Assembly (NCBI GenBank): GCA_007376135.1
Contig: VMFR01000002.1
Span: forward strand, 221,870 to 285,869
Reading direction: 5' to 3'
DNA: 64,000 bases
From: Parcubacteria group bacterium Gr01-1014_31
Lineage (GTDB): Bacteria; Patescibacteriota; Patescibacteriia; Buchananbacterales; GWA2-38-13
The notes under the pieces are model-generated. The model saw only the letters and a program-made list of their open reading frames with translations. It ran no database searches and was not told the DNA's origin. Below are positions 46,670 to 55,798 of the stretch, in pieces (the stretch's first letter is position 1; each line of letters starts with the position of its first letter). The translations under genes and the position numbers were made by a program.

Positions 46670-48727
46670 TTAGCGGAACAGCGTGAACAGGGGCAGCAGC
46701 ACCAGCGTCAAGGTGGACAGCAGTTTAATGAGTACGTGCAAACTGGGTCCGGCGGTATCTTTGAACGGGTCGCCGACGGTATCGCCAACGACGGTTGCCT
46801 TGTGGACGTCGGAACCCTTGCCGCCGTAGACGCCGGTTTCCACATACTTTTTGGCGTTGTCCCACGCGCCGCCGCCGTTATTCAAGACCAGCGCCAGCAA
46901 GACGCCGGCGATGGTACCGACCATCAGTGTGCCACCGACGGCTTCCGGCCCCAGCAGCACGCCCACCAGCGTGGGGACTGCGACGGCGACGATGCCGGGC
47001 AGGACCATTTGTTTGAGGGCGCCTTTGGTGGCAATGTCCACACAGCGAGCGTAGTTGGGCTTGCTGGTCCCGGCCATGATGCCGGGATTTTCTTTGAACT
47101 GGTCGCGCACGTCGTTGATGATGTAGTACGCACCTTTGCCGACCGCGCGGATGGCCAGCGACGCGAACAGGAAGACCAGCATTCCGCCCATCAGCGCTCC
47201 GACGAACACCACGGGTTTGGCCAGGTCGATGGACTCCAGCCCGGCGGCTTCCAGGTACGCCGAGAACAACAGGAACGCCGCCAATGCCGCCGACCCGACC
47301 GCGTAGCCTTTGGTCAGCGCTTTGGTGGTGTTTCCCACGGCGTCGAGCTTGTCGGTCGTGTTACGCACATCTTCGGAAGCGTTGGACATTTCCACGATGC
47401 CGCCGGCGTTGTCCGTGATGGGGCCAAAGGTGTCCATCGCCAGCACATAGCCGACCGTGGACAGCATTCCCATCGTCGCGAGAGCGGTGCCGAACAGTCC
47501 ACCGCCATCCAATCCGGTGAGGCCACCCAGCCAGTGGGAGGTCAGGAGCGCGATGCCGACCACGACGACCGGGGCGAAGGTATTTTCCAGGGCGACGGCA
47601 AAACCGGTGATGATGTTGGTGGCCGCACCCGTCCGCGACGCTTCCACGATGGATTTGACCGGGCGGTAGCGGTGGCTGGTGTAGTACTGGGTGATGAACA
47701 GGAACGCCAGCGAGGTGAGCAGCCCCAGCAGCCCGCAGGCAGCAAACAGCAGCCACGCCTTCGGGGCGGTGTCCGTGTAGAGCAGCAGGCGCGCGGCGGC
47801 GGCAAAGCCGACGAACGCCAACGCCGCAGTGACCAAAAAGCCGCGGTTGAGCGACTTCATCGGGTCCTCGTCGCCTTTGACCTTGACGGTGAACACGCCG
47901 ATCATCGAAGCCACCAGGCCCAGCGCGTGGGCCACCAGCGCAAAGATGATGCCGCCCAGCCCGAAGACCTCGTACATCGCAATGCCGATGATCATGGCGC
48001 CCAGGCTCTCGGCGACGCTGCTTTCAAAGAGGTCGGCGCCGCGGCCCGCGCAGTCGCCGACGTTGTCGCCGACGAGGTCCGCGACCACGGCCGGGTTGCG
48101 CAGGTCGTCTTCCGGAATTCCGGCCTCCACTTTGCCGACCAGGTCCGCGCCGACGTCGGCGGCCTTGGTGTAGATGCCGCCGCCCAGTTGCGCGAATAGA
48201 GCGACCAAGCTGGCGCCAAAGCCAAAGCCGACCAGCTGCATCGGAACAGCGGTCGGGTTTTGCAGGCCGCCGAACAGGTAGAACAGGCCGGCGACGCCCA
48301 GCAGCGACAGGGAAACGACCAAAAATCCGGCGACCGCGCCGCCGCGCAGCGCCAGCTGCAGCGCGCGGTTCACGCCGACCTTGGCGCCTGCGGCCGTGCG
48401 GAGGTTGGCCCGGACCGCGATGGCCATGCCGAAGTACCCCGAGAGCGCCGACAGGACCGCGCCGGCGACAAACGCCCCGACGGTCTTCAGGCCGATTGCC
48501 ATTTCACCGCGCGCGCCGTACAGCACGTAGATGACCAGCGCCAGGATGCCGATGATGATGGCAATCGTGGTGTTCTGCCGCTTGAGGTACGCACCCGCGC
48601 CTTGCTTGATGGCGAGCGCCACCGACTGCATTTCCGCGGTACCGGTGTCCGCCTTAAGGACCTGACGGGAGAGCACGTAGGCCACGGCCACGCCGGCGAG
48701 GCCAACCACGAACACGAGGGTCAACAT
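46670..48727 (-). CDS. hppA: Membrane H+-translocating pyrophosphatase, K+-independent type
   Basis: DVGADLVGKVE, EDD.RNP, GNTTKA (Lys marks the K+-independent class), GDTVGDPFKD. Confidence 0.95.
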   Translation of the reverse strand: MLTLVFVVGLAGVAVAYVLSRQVLKADTGTAEMQSVALAIKQGAGAYLKRQNTTIAIIIGILALVIYVLYGARGEMAIGLKTVGAFVAGAVLSALSGYFGMAIAVRANLRTAAGAKVGVNRALQLALRGGAVAGFLVVSLSLLGVAGLFYLFGGLQNPTAVPMQLVGFGFGASLVALFAQLGGGIYTKAADVGADLVGKVEAGIPEDDLRNPAVVADLVGDNVGDCAGRGADLFESSVAESLGAMIIGIAMYEVFGLGGIIFALVAHALGLVASMIGVFTVKVKGDEDPMKSLNRGFLVTAALAFVGFAAAARLLLYTDTAPKAWLLFAACGLLGLLTSLAFLFITQYYTSHRYRPVKSIVEASRTGAATNIITGFAVALENTFAPVVVVGIALLTSHWLGGLTGLDGGGLFGTALATMGMLSTVGYVLAMDTFGPITDNAGGIVEMSNASEDVRNTTDKLDAVGNTTKALTKGYAVGSAALAAFLLFSAYLEAAGLESIDLAKPVVFVGALMGGMLVFLFASLAIRAVGKGAYYIINDVRDQFKENPGIMAGTSKPNYARCVDIATKGALKQMVLPGIVAVAVPTLVGVLLGPEAVGGTLMVGTIAGVLLALVLNNGGGAWDNAKKYVETGVYGGKGSDVHKATVVGDTVGDPFKDTAGPSLHVLIKLLSTLTLVLLPLFTLFR

Positions 48728-48752
48728 AGGGTAAAGAATCAAACGTCAAAAA

Positions 48753-50066
48753 TTACGCGGTGGGAGCGGCCGGCTCTTCCGGCTTTGCTGCCGGTTCCGC
48801 CGGAACGGCCGCCGGGGCTTCGGCCGGGGCCTGGTCGACGGCACCGTCCGGGGTGGCCGACGCTTCGGGCGCGACGGTGCCGCCTTCCGCCAGTTTGCCC
48901 GACGAGATGATATCGATCTTGTAGCCGGTGAGTTTGGCCGCCAGCCGAACGTTCTGTCCCCCGCGGCCGATGGCCAGGCTCAGCTGGTCCTCCGGCACGG
49001 TGACCACCGCCGTGCGCGCTTCTTCGTTCACCTGGATGCTGGTGACCTTGGCGGGCGACAGGGCGTTGGCCAAAAATTCGTTGGGGTTGGCGTTGTACTG
49101 GATGATGTCGATTTTTTCGCCGCGCAGTTCGGCGATGATGGTCTGCACCCGAGCGCCGCGCTGACCGATGCAGGAGCCGATCGGGTCGATATTCTCGTCC
49201 TCGGTCCAGACGGCGACCTTGGTGCGCGAACCGGCTTCGCGGGCGATGCCCTTGATCTGCACCGTGCCGTTGGCAATCTCCGGGATCTCGGTGTGGAAGA
49301 GGGTGTCCACGATCTGCGCGTGGGACCGCGAGACGACGATCTCCGGTCCGCGGGTCCCCTTGGTCACGGAGATGATGTAGACTTTGATGCGTTCGCCGGG
49401 GATGTAGGGTTCGCGTTCGATCTGCTCTTCGGGCGGCAGCAACGCGGCCACGCGGCCCAGGTCGATCAGCACCATGCGCCCTTCGCGGCGCTGCACGGTG
49501 CCGACGACGATGGAGCCCTCGCGTCCCTTCAGTTCGTTGTAGACCATTTCCCGTTCCGCTTCGCGGATCTTCTGGGTGATGACCTGCTTGGCGGTTTGCG
49601 CGGCCATGCGGCCGAACGCGCCGGGAGTCGGCAGCTCCTGTACCAGTTCTTCGCCGACGTTGATGTCATCCTTGATCTTGCGGGCATCGGAAAGCTGGAT
49701 CTCGGTTTTCGGGTTGAAGCGCGGCTTGTCGGCTTCGTCCCCGGCGGGCAGGGTGCCATCAGCTGTTGCCGCGGGCGGGGTGGCGGGCAACGGTACGCCT
49801 TCGGCCGCCGCCGCTTGGGCGGCCTCCTGCAGCTCCGGCGGCAGGTCCTCGACGACCGTTTTGATGTCATGGACCGTCATTTTGCCGGTTTCCACGTCGA
49901 ATTTGACCTTGATGTTCTGCATCCGGTTGCCGTAGTCCTTTCGGTAGGCCGCGCCGAGCGCCGACTCGATGGTTTCAATGACGGCGTCGTAGGAGATGTT
50001 CTTCTCCTCGCAGATCTGTTTGATCGCCGCGGAAATCGCGGAGCGCTGTTCTACATCCATACGCAT
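48753..50066 (-). CDS. nusA: Transcription factor NusA
   Basis: FGRMAAQTAKQ, S1 and KH domains, AIGRGGQNVRLA. Confidence 0.97.
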   Translation of the reverse strand: MRMDVEQRSAISAAIKQICEEKNISYDAVIETIESALGAAYRKDYGNRMQNIKVKFDVETGKMTVHDIKTVVEDLPPELQEAAQAAAAEGVPLPATPPAATADGTLPAGDEADKPRFNPKTEIQLSDARKIKDDINVGEELVQELPTPGAFGRMAAQTAKQVITQKIREAEREMVYNELKGREGSIVVGTVQRREGRMVLIDLGRVAALLPPEEQIEREPYIPGERIKVYIISVTKGTRGPEIVVSRSHAQIVDTLFHTEIPEIANGTVQIKGIAREAGSRTKVAVWTEDENIDPIGSCIGQRGARVQTIIAELRGEKIDIIQYNANPNEFLANALSPAKVTSIQVNEEARTAVVTVPEDQLSLAIGRGGQNVRLAAKLTGYKIDIISSGKLAEGGTVAPEASATPDGAVDQAPAEAPAAVPAEPAAKPEEPAAPTA

Positions 50067-50215
50067 GGGTGCCAAGATTAAAAGGCAAAATTTTAAGTAG
50101 CCGTAAGGCTACCTTAAGTACAGTCTACGGGAATCCCGTAGCAGCTGTCAAGCACGTGTTCATCTTTGGCGCTGCCCCGACGCTCGACGGCGGTGCTGGC
50201 CGGGATCTGCCGTTG

Positions 50216-50578
50216 TTAGCCGGTGATGTTCTCTAAATGGATGATCTGCGGAGGTCCCTGGGTGGGGGTGGTGATACTGACCACGTCGATGCGGAAACTG
50301 GCGGGGGCGTGCAGCAGCCGCGCCAGGTAGGCGTTGACTGCGGCCAGCATTTTGCGCTGTTTGTCCGCCGTGACGGCGTCTTCGGGAAAGCCAAGGCCGC
50401 CGGGCGCGCGCGTTTTCACTTCGACGAACACCAGGCAGTCGCCGTCGCGGCAGACCAGGTCCAGCTCCCCCTCGCGGGTGCGAAAATTGCGAGCCACTGT
50501 CCGGTAACCTTTACGGCGTAAAAATTTTTCGGCCAGTCGCTCACCGCGCTGGCCCAGGAAATTTCCGATACGGCCCAT
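50216..50578 (-). CDS. yraN: YraN family protein
   Basis: GE.LA..FL, GELDLV, FVEVKTR and FRIDVV. Confidence 0.9.
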   Translation of the reverse strand: MGRIGNFLGQRGERLAEKFLRRKGYRTVARNFRTREGELDLVCRDGDCLVFVEVKTRAPGGLGFPEDAVTADKQRKMLAAVNAYLARLLHAPASFRIDVVSITTPTQGPPQIIHLENITG

Positions 50579-50680
50579 CTCATGAAAGCGTAAAGCGTAA
50601 AATGGGGATCCCTCGACACTGTCCCGCGGCCGCGGAACTCCGCTCAGGATGAAAAACCACGGCCTCAAGGCCGTGGTTTT

Positions 50681-51085
50681 TCACTTGGGCAAGTATCTTT
50701 CTTTTAGCAGGCGCTGTTCGCGCGCGGCGCGGCGCTGCGGCAGGCTCCCCCATTCTTTGCGGGCGATCGCGATGAGCCACCAGGCGGTGACCAGGACCCA
50801 GACGAGCAGCACGAGGCGGAGAGAGAGGATGGGCACGCCCAACCAGGCGACGAGCGTGAACAGGGCGCCGATGATGCCCATGGTCAGCAGCGGGATGCCG
50901 AGGCGCTTCAGTCCGGCGCGCAGGAGCGGGTCGGCGGTTTTCGCGGCGCGGCGCTGCAGGATGATGGCCGCCGCCAGACAGGCTGCGACGGCGATGGGCA
51001 GCAGCAGGCGACCGGCCGGTCCGAGCGGCTCGGGCCGCAGGTTCAAAAGATAATCGAAGTTAAGATAGTAGGAGATCTGGTTCAT
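50681..51085 (-). CDS. Conserved CPR-type membrane protein
   Basis: Three TM segments, ends KERYLPK. Confidence 0.7.
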   Translation of the reverse strand: MNQISYYLNFDYLLNLRPEPLGPAGRLLLPIAVAACLAAAIILQRRAAKTADPLLRAGLKRLGIPLLTMGIIGALFTLVAWLGVPILSLRLVLLVWVLVTAWWLIAIARKEWGSLPQRRAAREQRLLKERYLPK

Positions 51086-51112
51086 AGAGGTCCTATCGTA
51101 CCTGCGCCCGCG

Positions 51113-51664
51113 CTATCGCGTCAATATCAGGCCGTAATGGTACTTGCCCGCCACGAAGGCTTCCAGCAGTTTGAACCCGGCGGCTTGGGCGTGCGTCGCG
51201 GCGGCTTTGGGCGTCAGGCGCGCTGACGCGGGCGGGCCGAATGGTGAAACACCCGGCTGCCAGTCCACCAAGGCAAGCCGCGCGCCGGGTTTCATGATGC
51301 GCCGGGCTTCGCGCAGCAGGGCGGCCCGGTCGGTGGATTGGAACAGGACGTTGACCACCAGTGCGGCATCCACATTCTCATTCGGAATGGGCGTAGCACC
51401 GGCAACTTCGAGATTAGACCAGATCGGTTTGACGTTGCTCGCGCCGTCTAAACGGGCTTTTTTGGCCAGCTCGGCGAGCGTGGATTTGAGAATGTCGACC
51501 GCGTACACCAGCCCGCGGGGGCCGACCAGTTTTGCCACGTGCAGCGTGAAGAGCCCGTGCCCGCCGCAGCCGAGATCCGCGACGCGCATTCCTTCGCGCA
51601 GGTTCAGCCGAGACATGACGTCCGCGACGTCGATCATCGAATTACTAGCGGCAACATAGGTCAT
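51113..51664 (-). CDS. Class I SAM-dependent methyltransferase
   Basis: VADLGCGG, VYAVD, PFGPP. Confidence 0.85.
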   Translation of the reverse strand: MTYVAASNSMIDVADVMSRLNLREGMRVADLGCGGHGLFTLHVAKLVGPRGLVYAVDILKSTLAELAKKARLDGASNVKPIWSNLEVAGATPIPNENVDAALVVNVLFQSTDRAALLREARRIMKPGARLALVDWQPGVSPFGPPASARLTPKAAATHAQAAGFKLLEAFVAGKYHYGLILTR

Positions 51665-51718
51665 AGGTCTGTCCACTCACAGTGTAGCAGTTCTGGCGGC
51701 CGCGCCGAAAGGCCGCCC

Positions 51719-52345
51719 TCACGCCGAGGCGAGCGCGGCGATCGGCCGATAAGAGCGGCGGTGCAGGGGGCAGCTGCCCAGGCGTTGCAGCGCCGCCCGA
51801 TGCTCGGGAGTGCCGTAGCCGCGATGGCGGTCAAATCCATAGCCGGCGTAGCGGCGGTGGAGGGCCGTCATCAGCCGGTCGCGGGTCACCTTGGCGATGA
51901 TGGACGCGGCCGCGACGGAGAATATCCGCGCGTCGCCGTCCACGACTTGCCGATGCGGGGTAGAGAAGGAAAATCCGCGGCCATCGACCAGGAGAAAATC
52001 GGCGCGCGTGGGGAGCGCGGCGGCGGCGCGCGTGAGCGCCTGCTGGTTGGCGGCGCTGAGCCCGAAGGCGTCGATCTCGCCGGCGGACACCGCGCCGACC
52101 GCCCACGGCAGCATGGCGGTCAGCTTCCCATACGCGCGTTCCCGCTGGCGTTCGCTCAATGTTTTGGAATCGCGCACCAGCCATGCGATGCGTTTGCATG
52201 ACTGCAGCAGCCCGGGGGAGATCGCGACGGCGCCGGCGATCAACGGGCCGGCCCAGGCGCCGCGGCCGACCTCATCCAACCCCGCGACGACCCTGACGCC
52301 GGCGGCAAACATTTCTTTTTCGTTTGAGAAGTTGGGGCGGATCAT
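51719..52345 (-). CDS. rnhB: Ribonuclease HII
   Basis: GLDEVGRG, DSK, AAASIIAKVTRD, GYGT and HRRSY. Confidence 0.96.
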   Translation of the reverse strand: MIRPNFSNEKEMFAAGVRVVAGLDEVGRGAWAGPLIAGAVAISPGLLQSCKRIAWLVRDSKTLSERQRERAYGKLTAMLPWAVGAVSAGEIDAFGLSAANQQALTRAAAALPTRADFLLVDGRGFSFSTPHRQVVDGDARIFSVAAASIIAKVTRDRLMTALHRRYAGYGFDRHRGYGTPEHRAALQRLGSCPLHRRSYRPIAALASA

Positions 52346-52520
52346 TTGGCTGGGATAAGGTGGGGATAGTCTTGGTATAACACTTTGAAAGGTTGTGGGA
52401 AACGTGTACGGTAAGCGCGGAGTACTGCAAAAATATCAGTGGATAGATAATTTTTTGCTTATTTAAGCCATTAATTGTATTGACGGAGAGGCGAGGTACC
52501 GCTACCGTTCTCACAGAGCT

Positions 52521-52691
52521 ATGCTAATCTCTCCTCCGTCACCAAACTCCGGCGCGCAATCCCCGCTCAAGGTACGGCAACAATTGGAACGTTTCCCCAC
52601 CCGCGACCTGGCGTCGCTATCGGCCAGGGCATGGGATCAGTTGCCGCTGCCGGCCGAAACCCAGGAAATGCTTCTGCGTTCGCTGCAGTAG
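52521..52691 (+). CDS. Possible 56-aa protein
   Basis: ATG..TAG ORF followed by the terminator at 52708-52731. Confidence 0.35.
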   Translation: MLISPPSPNSGAQSPLKVRQQLERFPTRDLASLSARAWDQLPLPAETQEMLLRSLQ

Positions 52692-52742
52692 GCAACGCGA
52701 TAAAAGAAAAACCCCCGAGGTCGGGGGTTTTGTATTGTTGGT

Positions 52743-53672
52743 TTATCGTTCCGGCCAACGGTAGCCCGGTACGGTCAGGAAGCGATGGGCTTCCAGCGCC
52801 GCTAGCGCTCCATCGCCGGCGGAAATAACTGTCTGCTTATAGGCGACATCCGTCACGTCACCGGCCGCGAATGCTCCCGGAATATTGGTGCGCTGCCGGG
52901 CGTCGACCAGGATCTCATGGGCATCGTTAGTTGCGAACGGCGCCACCAGCGCCGGGTCGGTATCCGAGCCGATCTCCAGGAACAAACCGTTGACCGCCAG
53001 CTCGCGGGTCGCGCCGGCCTGGTCGCGAACAGTCACGCCGTTGACGAACCGCTCACCGTGCACGGCCGTCACCTCGCTGTTTGGCACCAGCTGCACCGCG
53101 CTGGCCTTGAGTTTGGCGACCGTGATCTCGTCGGCGCGGAACGTGTCGCGCCGGTGAATAAGGTAGACGGGTTTGGCGATCTCGGCCAGTTCCAATGCCG
53201 CTTCGACGGCCGCGTTCCCGCCGCCGACGATGGCAATGGGCTTGCCCTTGAACAGCGGACCGTCGCAGGTGGCGCAGGTGGATACCCCGCGACCGAAGAA
53301 TTTATTCTCGCCGGGCACGTTGAGCCGCCGCGGGACCTTGCCAGCGGTGATGATGAGCGCGCGGCCGGAAATGGTTTCGCCGTTCTCCAGGGCGACGTGA
53401 AAGGTTCCGCCCGGCGTAATGACCCTCACTTTTGTCGCCGCCATCGGGGTGCCGAGCGCGGTCACCTGCGCTTTGAACTGTTCCATCAGCTCCAATCCGG
53501 GCATTGCCTTCGCGCCCGGGTAGTTCTCCACCCAGTTGGAGAGAGCCGTTGCCCCGCCCGTTTCCGGACTGACCACGATGCTCTGCAGCTGCTTGCGCAT
53601 GCTGTAGATGGCCGCGGTCAACCCCGCGGCGCCCGCGCCGATGATGATGACATCGTAGGTTTTCCCCGCCAT
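52743..53672 (-). CDS. trxB: Thioredoxin reductase
   Basis: GAGAAG, CATCDG, GGGNAA and AAGD. Confidence 0.95.
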   Translation of the reverse strand: MAGKTYDVIIIGAGAAGLTAAIYSMRKQLQSIVVSPETGGATALSNWVENYPGAKAMPGLELMEQFKAQVTALGTPMAATKVRVITPGGTFHVALENGETISGRALIITAGKVPRRLNVPGENKFFGRGVSTCATCDGPLFKGKPIAIVGGGNAAVEAALELAEIAKPVYLIHRRDTFRADEITVAKLKASAVQLVPNSEVTAVHGERFVNGVTVRDQAGATRELAVNGLFLEIGSDTDPALVAPFATNDAHEILVDARQRTNIPGAFAAGDVTDVAYKQTVISAGDGALAALEAHRFLTVPGYRWPER

Positions 53673-53785
53673 ACCCGGTAGGACAATGGTCAAATGGGTA
53701 ATTTTTTCCTGCTCCTCGCTATGGGTTCCCCCCAACTTTTGGCATCCCGCGCCCGTCCGTTGTCCTACCGGGCAGAGGGGTGAGA

Positions 53786-54100
53786 TTAGAGGCCGCCAAG
53801 CTTGGCGCGCAAGGCTTCTTTGCTTTGCAAACCGATGAACTGGGCGACGGGCGCGCCGCCCTTGAACGCGATCAGCGTCGGGATGCTCATGATCTGGTAG
53901 CGGCCGCCGACGGTGGGATGCTCGTCGACGTTGACTGACACGAAGGTGACGTTTTTCATCTCCTCCGCGAGCTCTTCCAGGATGGGGTGCTGCACGCGGC
54001 ACGGCGCGCACCATGGCGCCCAAAAGTCCACCAGTACCACGCCGGGGGCTTTTAGAACTTCAGCTTCGAAATTTTGGTCGCCGACTTCACGAAGTGCCAT
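53786..54100 (-). CDS. trxA: Thioredoxin
   Basis: WCAPC active site, SIPT. Confidence 0.95.
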   Translation of the reverse strand: MALREVGDQNFEAEVLKAPGVVLVDFWAPWCAPCRVQHPILEELAEEMKNVTFVSVNVDEHPTVGGRYQIMSIPTLIAFKGGAPVAQFIGLQSKEALRAKLGGL

Positions 54101-54268
54101 AGCGTTGCAATAAAGTTACGAATCGTACCTGTGCAGTATACTCAAGACCGTATCGCCTGTCTACTTTCAAGGAAAAATATTTTTTTTGGCGCCGCCCGCC
54201 GGGAAAAAATCCGCGAATTACGCCTTGTTTTTGCGGTTTTTTCGTGATAGGATGGCGGTGATTATCGT

Positions 54269-55015
54269 ATGCAAACCCTCGTGACCGGGGCAACATCGGG
54301 CATCGGGCGGGCCTTGGCGGGGCTGCTGACCGTGCGGGGCGACCGGGTGTTCGGCGTTGCGCGCAAAGCCGAGGCGCTGGCGGATGTGCAGGCCCAGCTG
54401 GGCAAGAATTTTTCGTTCGTTGCCGCGGACCTGGCGTCACCGGAGGCGGCCGATACCGTGGTGCGCGCCCTGGCCGTCGCAGGATTTACGCCGGACGCGG
54501 TGGTGCTCAACGCCGGCATTTACCCGCATGACAGCGACAAAGAATTCGATGCCGCCGTGGCAGCTCAGGTCCTGGCGGTCAACAGTACCGGCGCGCTGGC
54601 GCTGGTCGGCGCGCTTCTGCCGCAGCTGCTGCAGCGCGGCGGGCAGTTCGTCGCCGTCTCTTCCCTCTTTGCCCGGCGGCCCGATCCCCTGGGCGTCGGC
54701 TACGCGGCCAGCAAGGCGGCGCTGACCATGGCGTTCCGTTCGCTGGCGTTGCGGTACCGTAACCGCAGTGTCCGCTTCAAGGTCATCCAGTTCGGCCCCA
54801 TCGCGACCGAGGGTTTTGCCGGGGTCGAGCGGCGCCGCGTGCGATTCGCGCCGCATCTGCGCACCGCCGGCCAGGCGGCCGCGGCCATCGTGCGGACCAT
54901 GGCCGGTAACCGTACGGTGGTGACCTACCCGGGGCTCGTCGCCTGGGCGCTGCGGGTGACCGCGTTCCTGCCCGATCCCGCGTTCGATGCCATCACGCGG
55001 CCGTTCCGCCGCTAG
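54269..55015 (+). CDS. SDR family oxidoreductase
   Basis: TGATSGIG, NAG and YAASK. Confidence 0.92.
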   Translation: MQTLVTGATSGIGRALAGLLTVRGDRVFGVARKAEALADVQAQLGKNFSFVAADLASPEAADTVVRALAVAGFTPDAVVLNAGIYPHDSDKEFDAAVAAQVLAVNSTGALALVGALLPQLLQRGGQFVAVSSLFARRPDPLGVGYAASKAALTMAFRSLALRYRNRSVRFKVIQFGPIATEGFAGVERRRVRFAPHLRTAGQAAAAIVRTMAGNRTVVTYPGLVAWALRVTAFLPDPAFDAITRPFRR

Positions 55016-55020
55016 TACTT

Positions 55021-55788
55021 ATGGAGCTTGCCCGCCACACGACGCTCGTTGAGCCGCCCACGGGGCCGGAACTTTCGGTCGTGGTGTTGTGCTACCGCGC
55101 CGAAGAATTGGCGCGCGAGTTCGTGGCGCAGCTGACCCGCGAGCTTCGGGAGGCGCACCTTGATTATGAATTGGTGCTGGTCGCGAATTTCCATGCCGGC
55201 AGCGATGACCGCACGCCCCGGATCGTGCGCGAATTGGCGGCGGCCAACCCTCGCATCAAGGTGGTCGCGCGCGTCAAAGAAGGCATGATGGGCTGGGATA
55301 TGCGCGCCGGCCTCGAGGCGGCGACGGGTCGGCATCTCGCGGTCATCGACGGCGACGGCCAAATGCCCTCCAGCGATATCGTCAAGGTGTACCAAGTGCT
55401 GCAGGTGGGTGGCTATGATCTGGTAAAAACTTTCCGCGCGCAGCGGCACGACGGGTGGTACCGCGCCACGATTTCCCGATTCTACAACCTGCTCTTCCGC
55501 GTGCTGTTCCCCGCGTCGGCCAGTTTCCGCGACATCAATTCCAAACCCAAGGTGATGGCGCGCCGCGCTTACCAGGCGATGCAGTTGTTATCGAATGACT
55601 GGTTCACGGATGCGGAGATCATGCTGGAGGCTTTGCGGTTGAAACTGAAGGTCGGGGAGGTTTCCACCATCTTTTATAAGAACGAGCGGCGGGCGTCGTT
55701 CGTGCCGCCGTCGGCGATCTGGGAATTTTTGCGCAATCTGCTGTACTACCGTTTCCGCCGCCGGGTGCCGCCCCCTTCCCAGCGTTAA
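55021..55788 (+). CDS. GT2 glycosyltransferase (DPM1/GtrB-like)
   Basis: SDDRT, IDGDGQ, D.E. Confidence 0.9.
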   Translation: MELARHTTLVEPPTGPELSVVVLCYRAEELAREFVAQLTRELREAHLDYELVLVANFHAGSDDRTPRIVRELAAANPRIKVVARVKEGMMGWDMRAGLEAATGRHLAVIDGDGQMPSSDIVKVYQVLQVGGYDLVKTFRAQRHDGWYRATISRFYNLLFRVLFPASASFRDINSKPKVMARRAYQAMQLLSNDWFTDAEIMLEALRLKLKVGEVSTIFYKNERRASFVPPSAIWEFLRNLLYYRFRRRVPPPSQR

Positions 55789-55798
55789 CCTTCGCCTC

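Noticed and set aside
46442-48199. 585-aa plus-strand ORF
   Set aside because: Antisense shadow of hppA caused by high-GC codon bias. Similar shadows overlie the MFS, argB and nusA genes.
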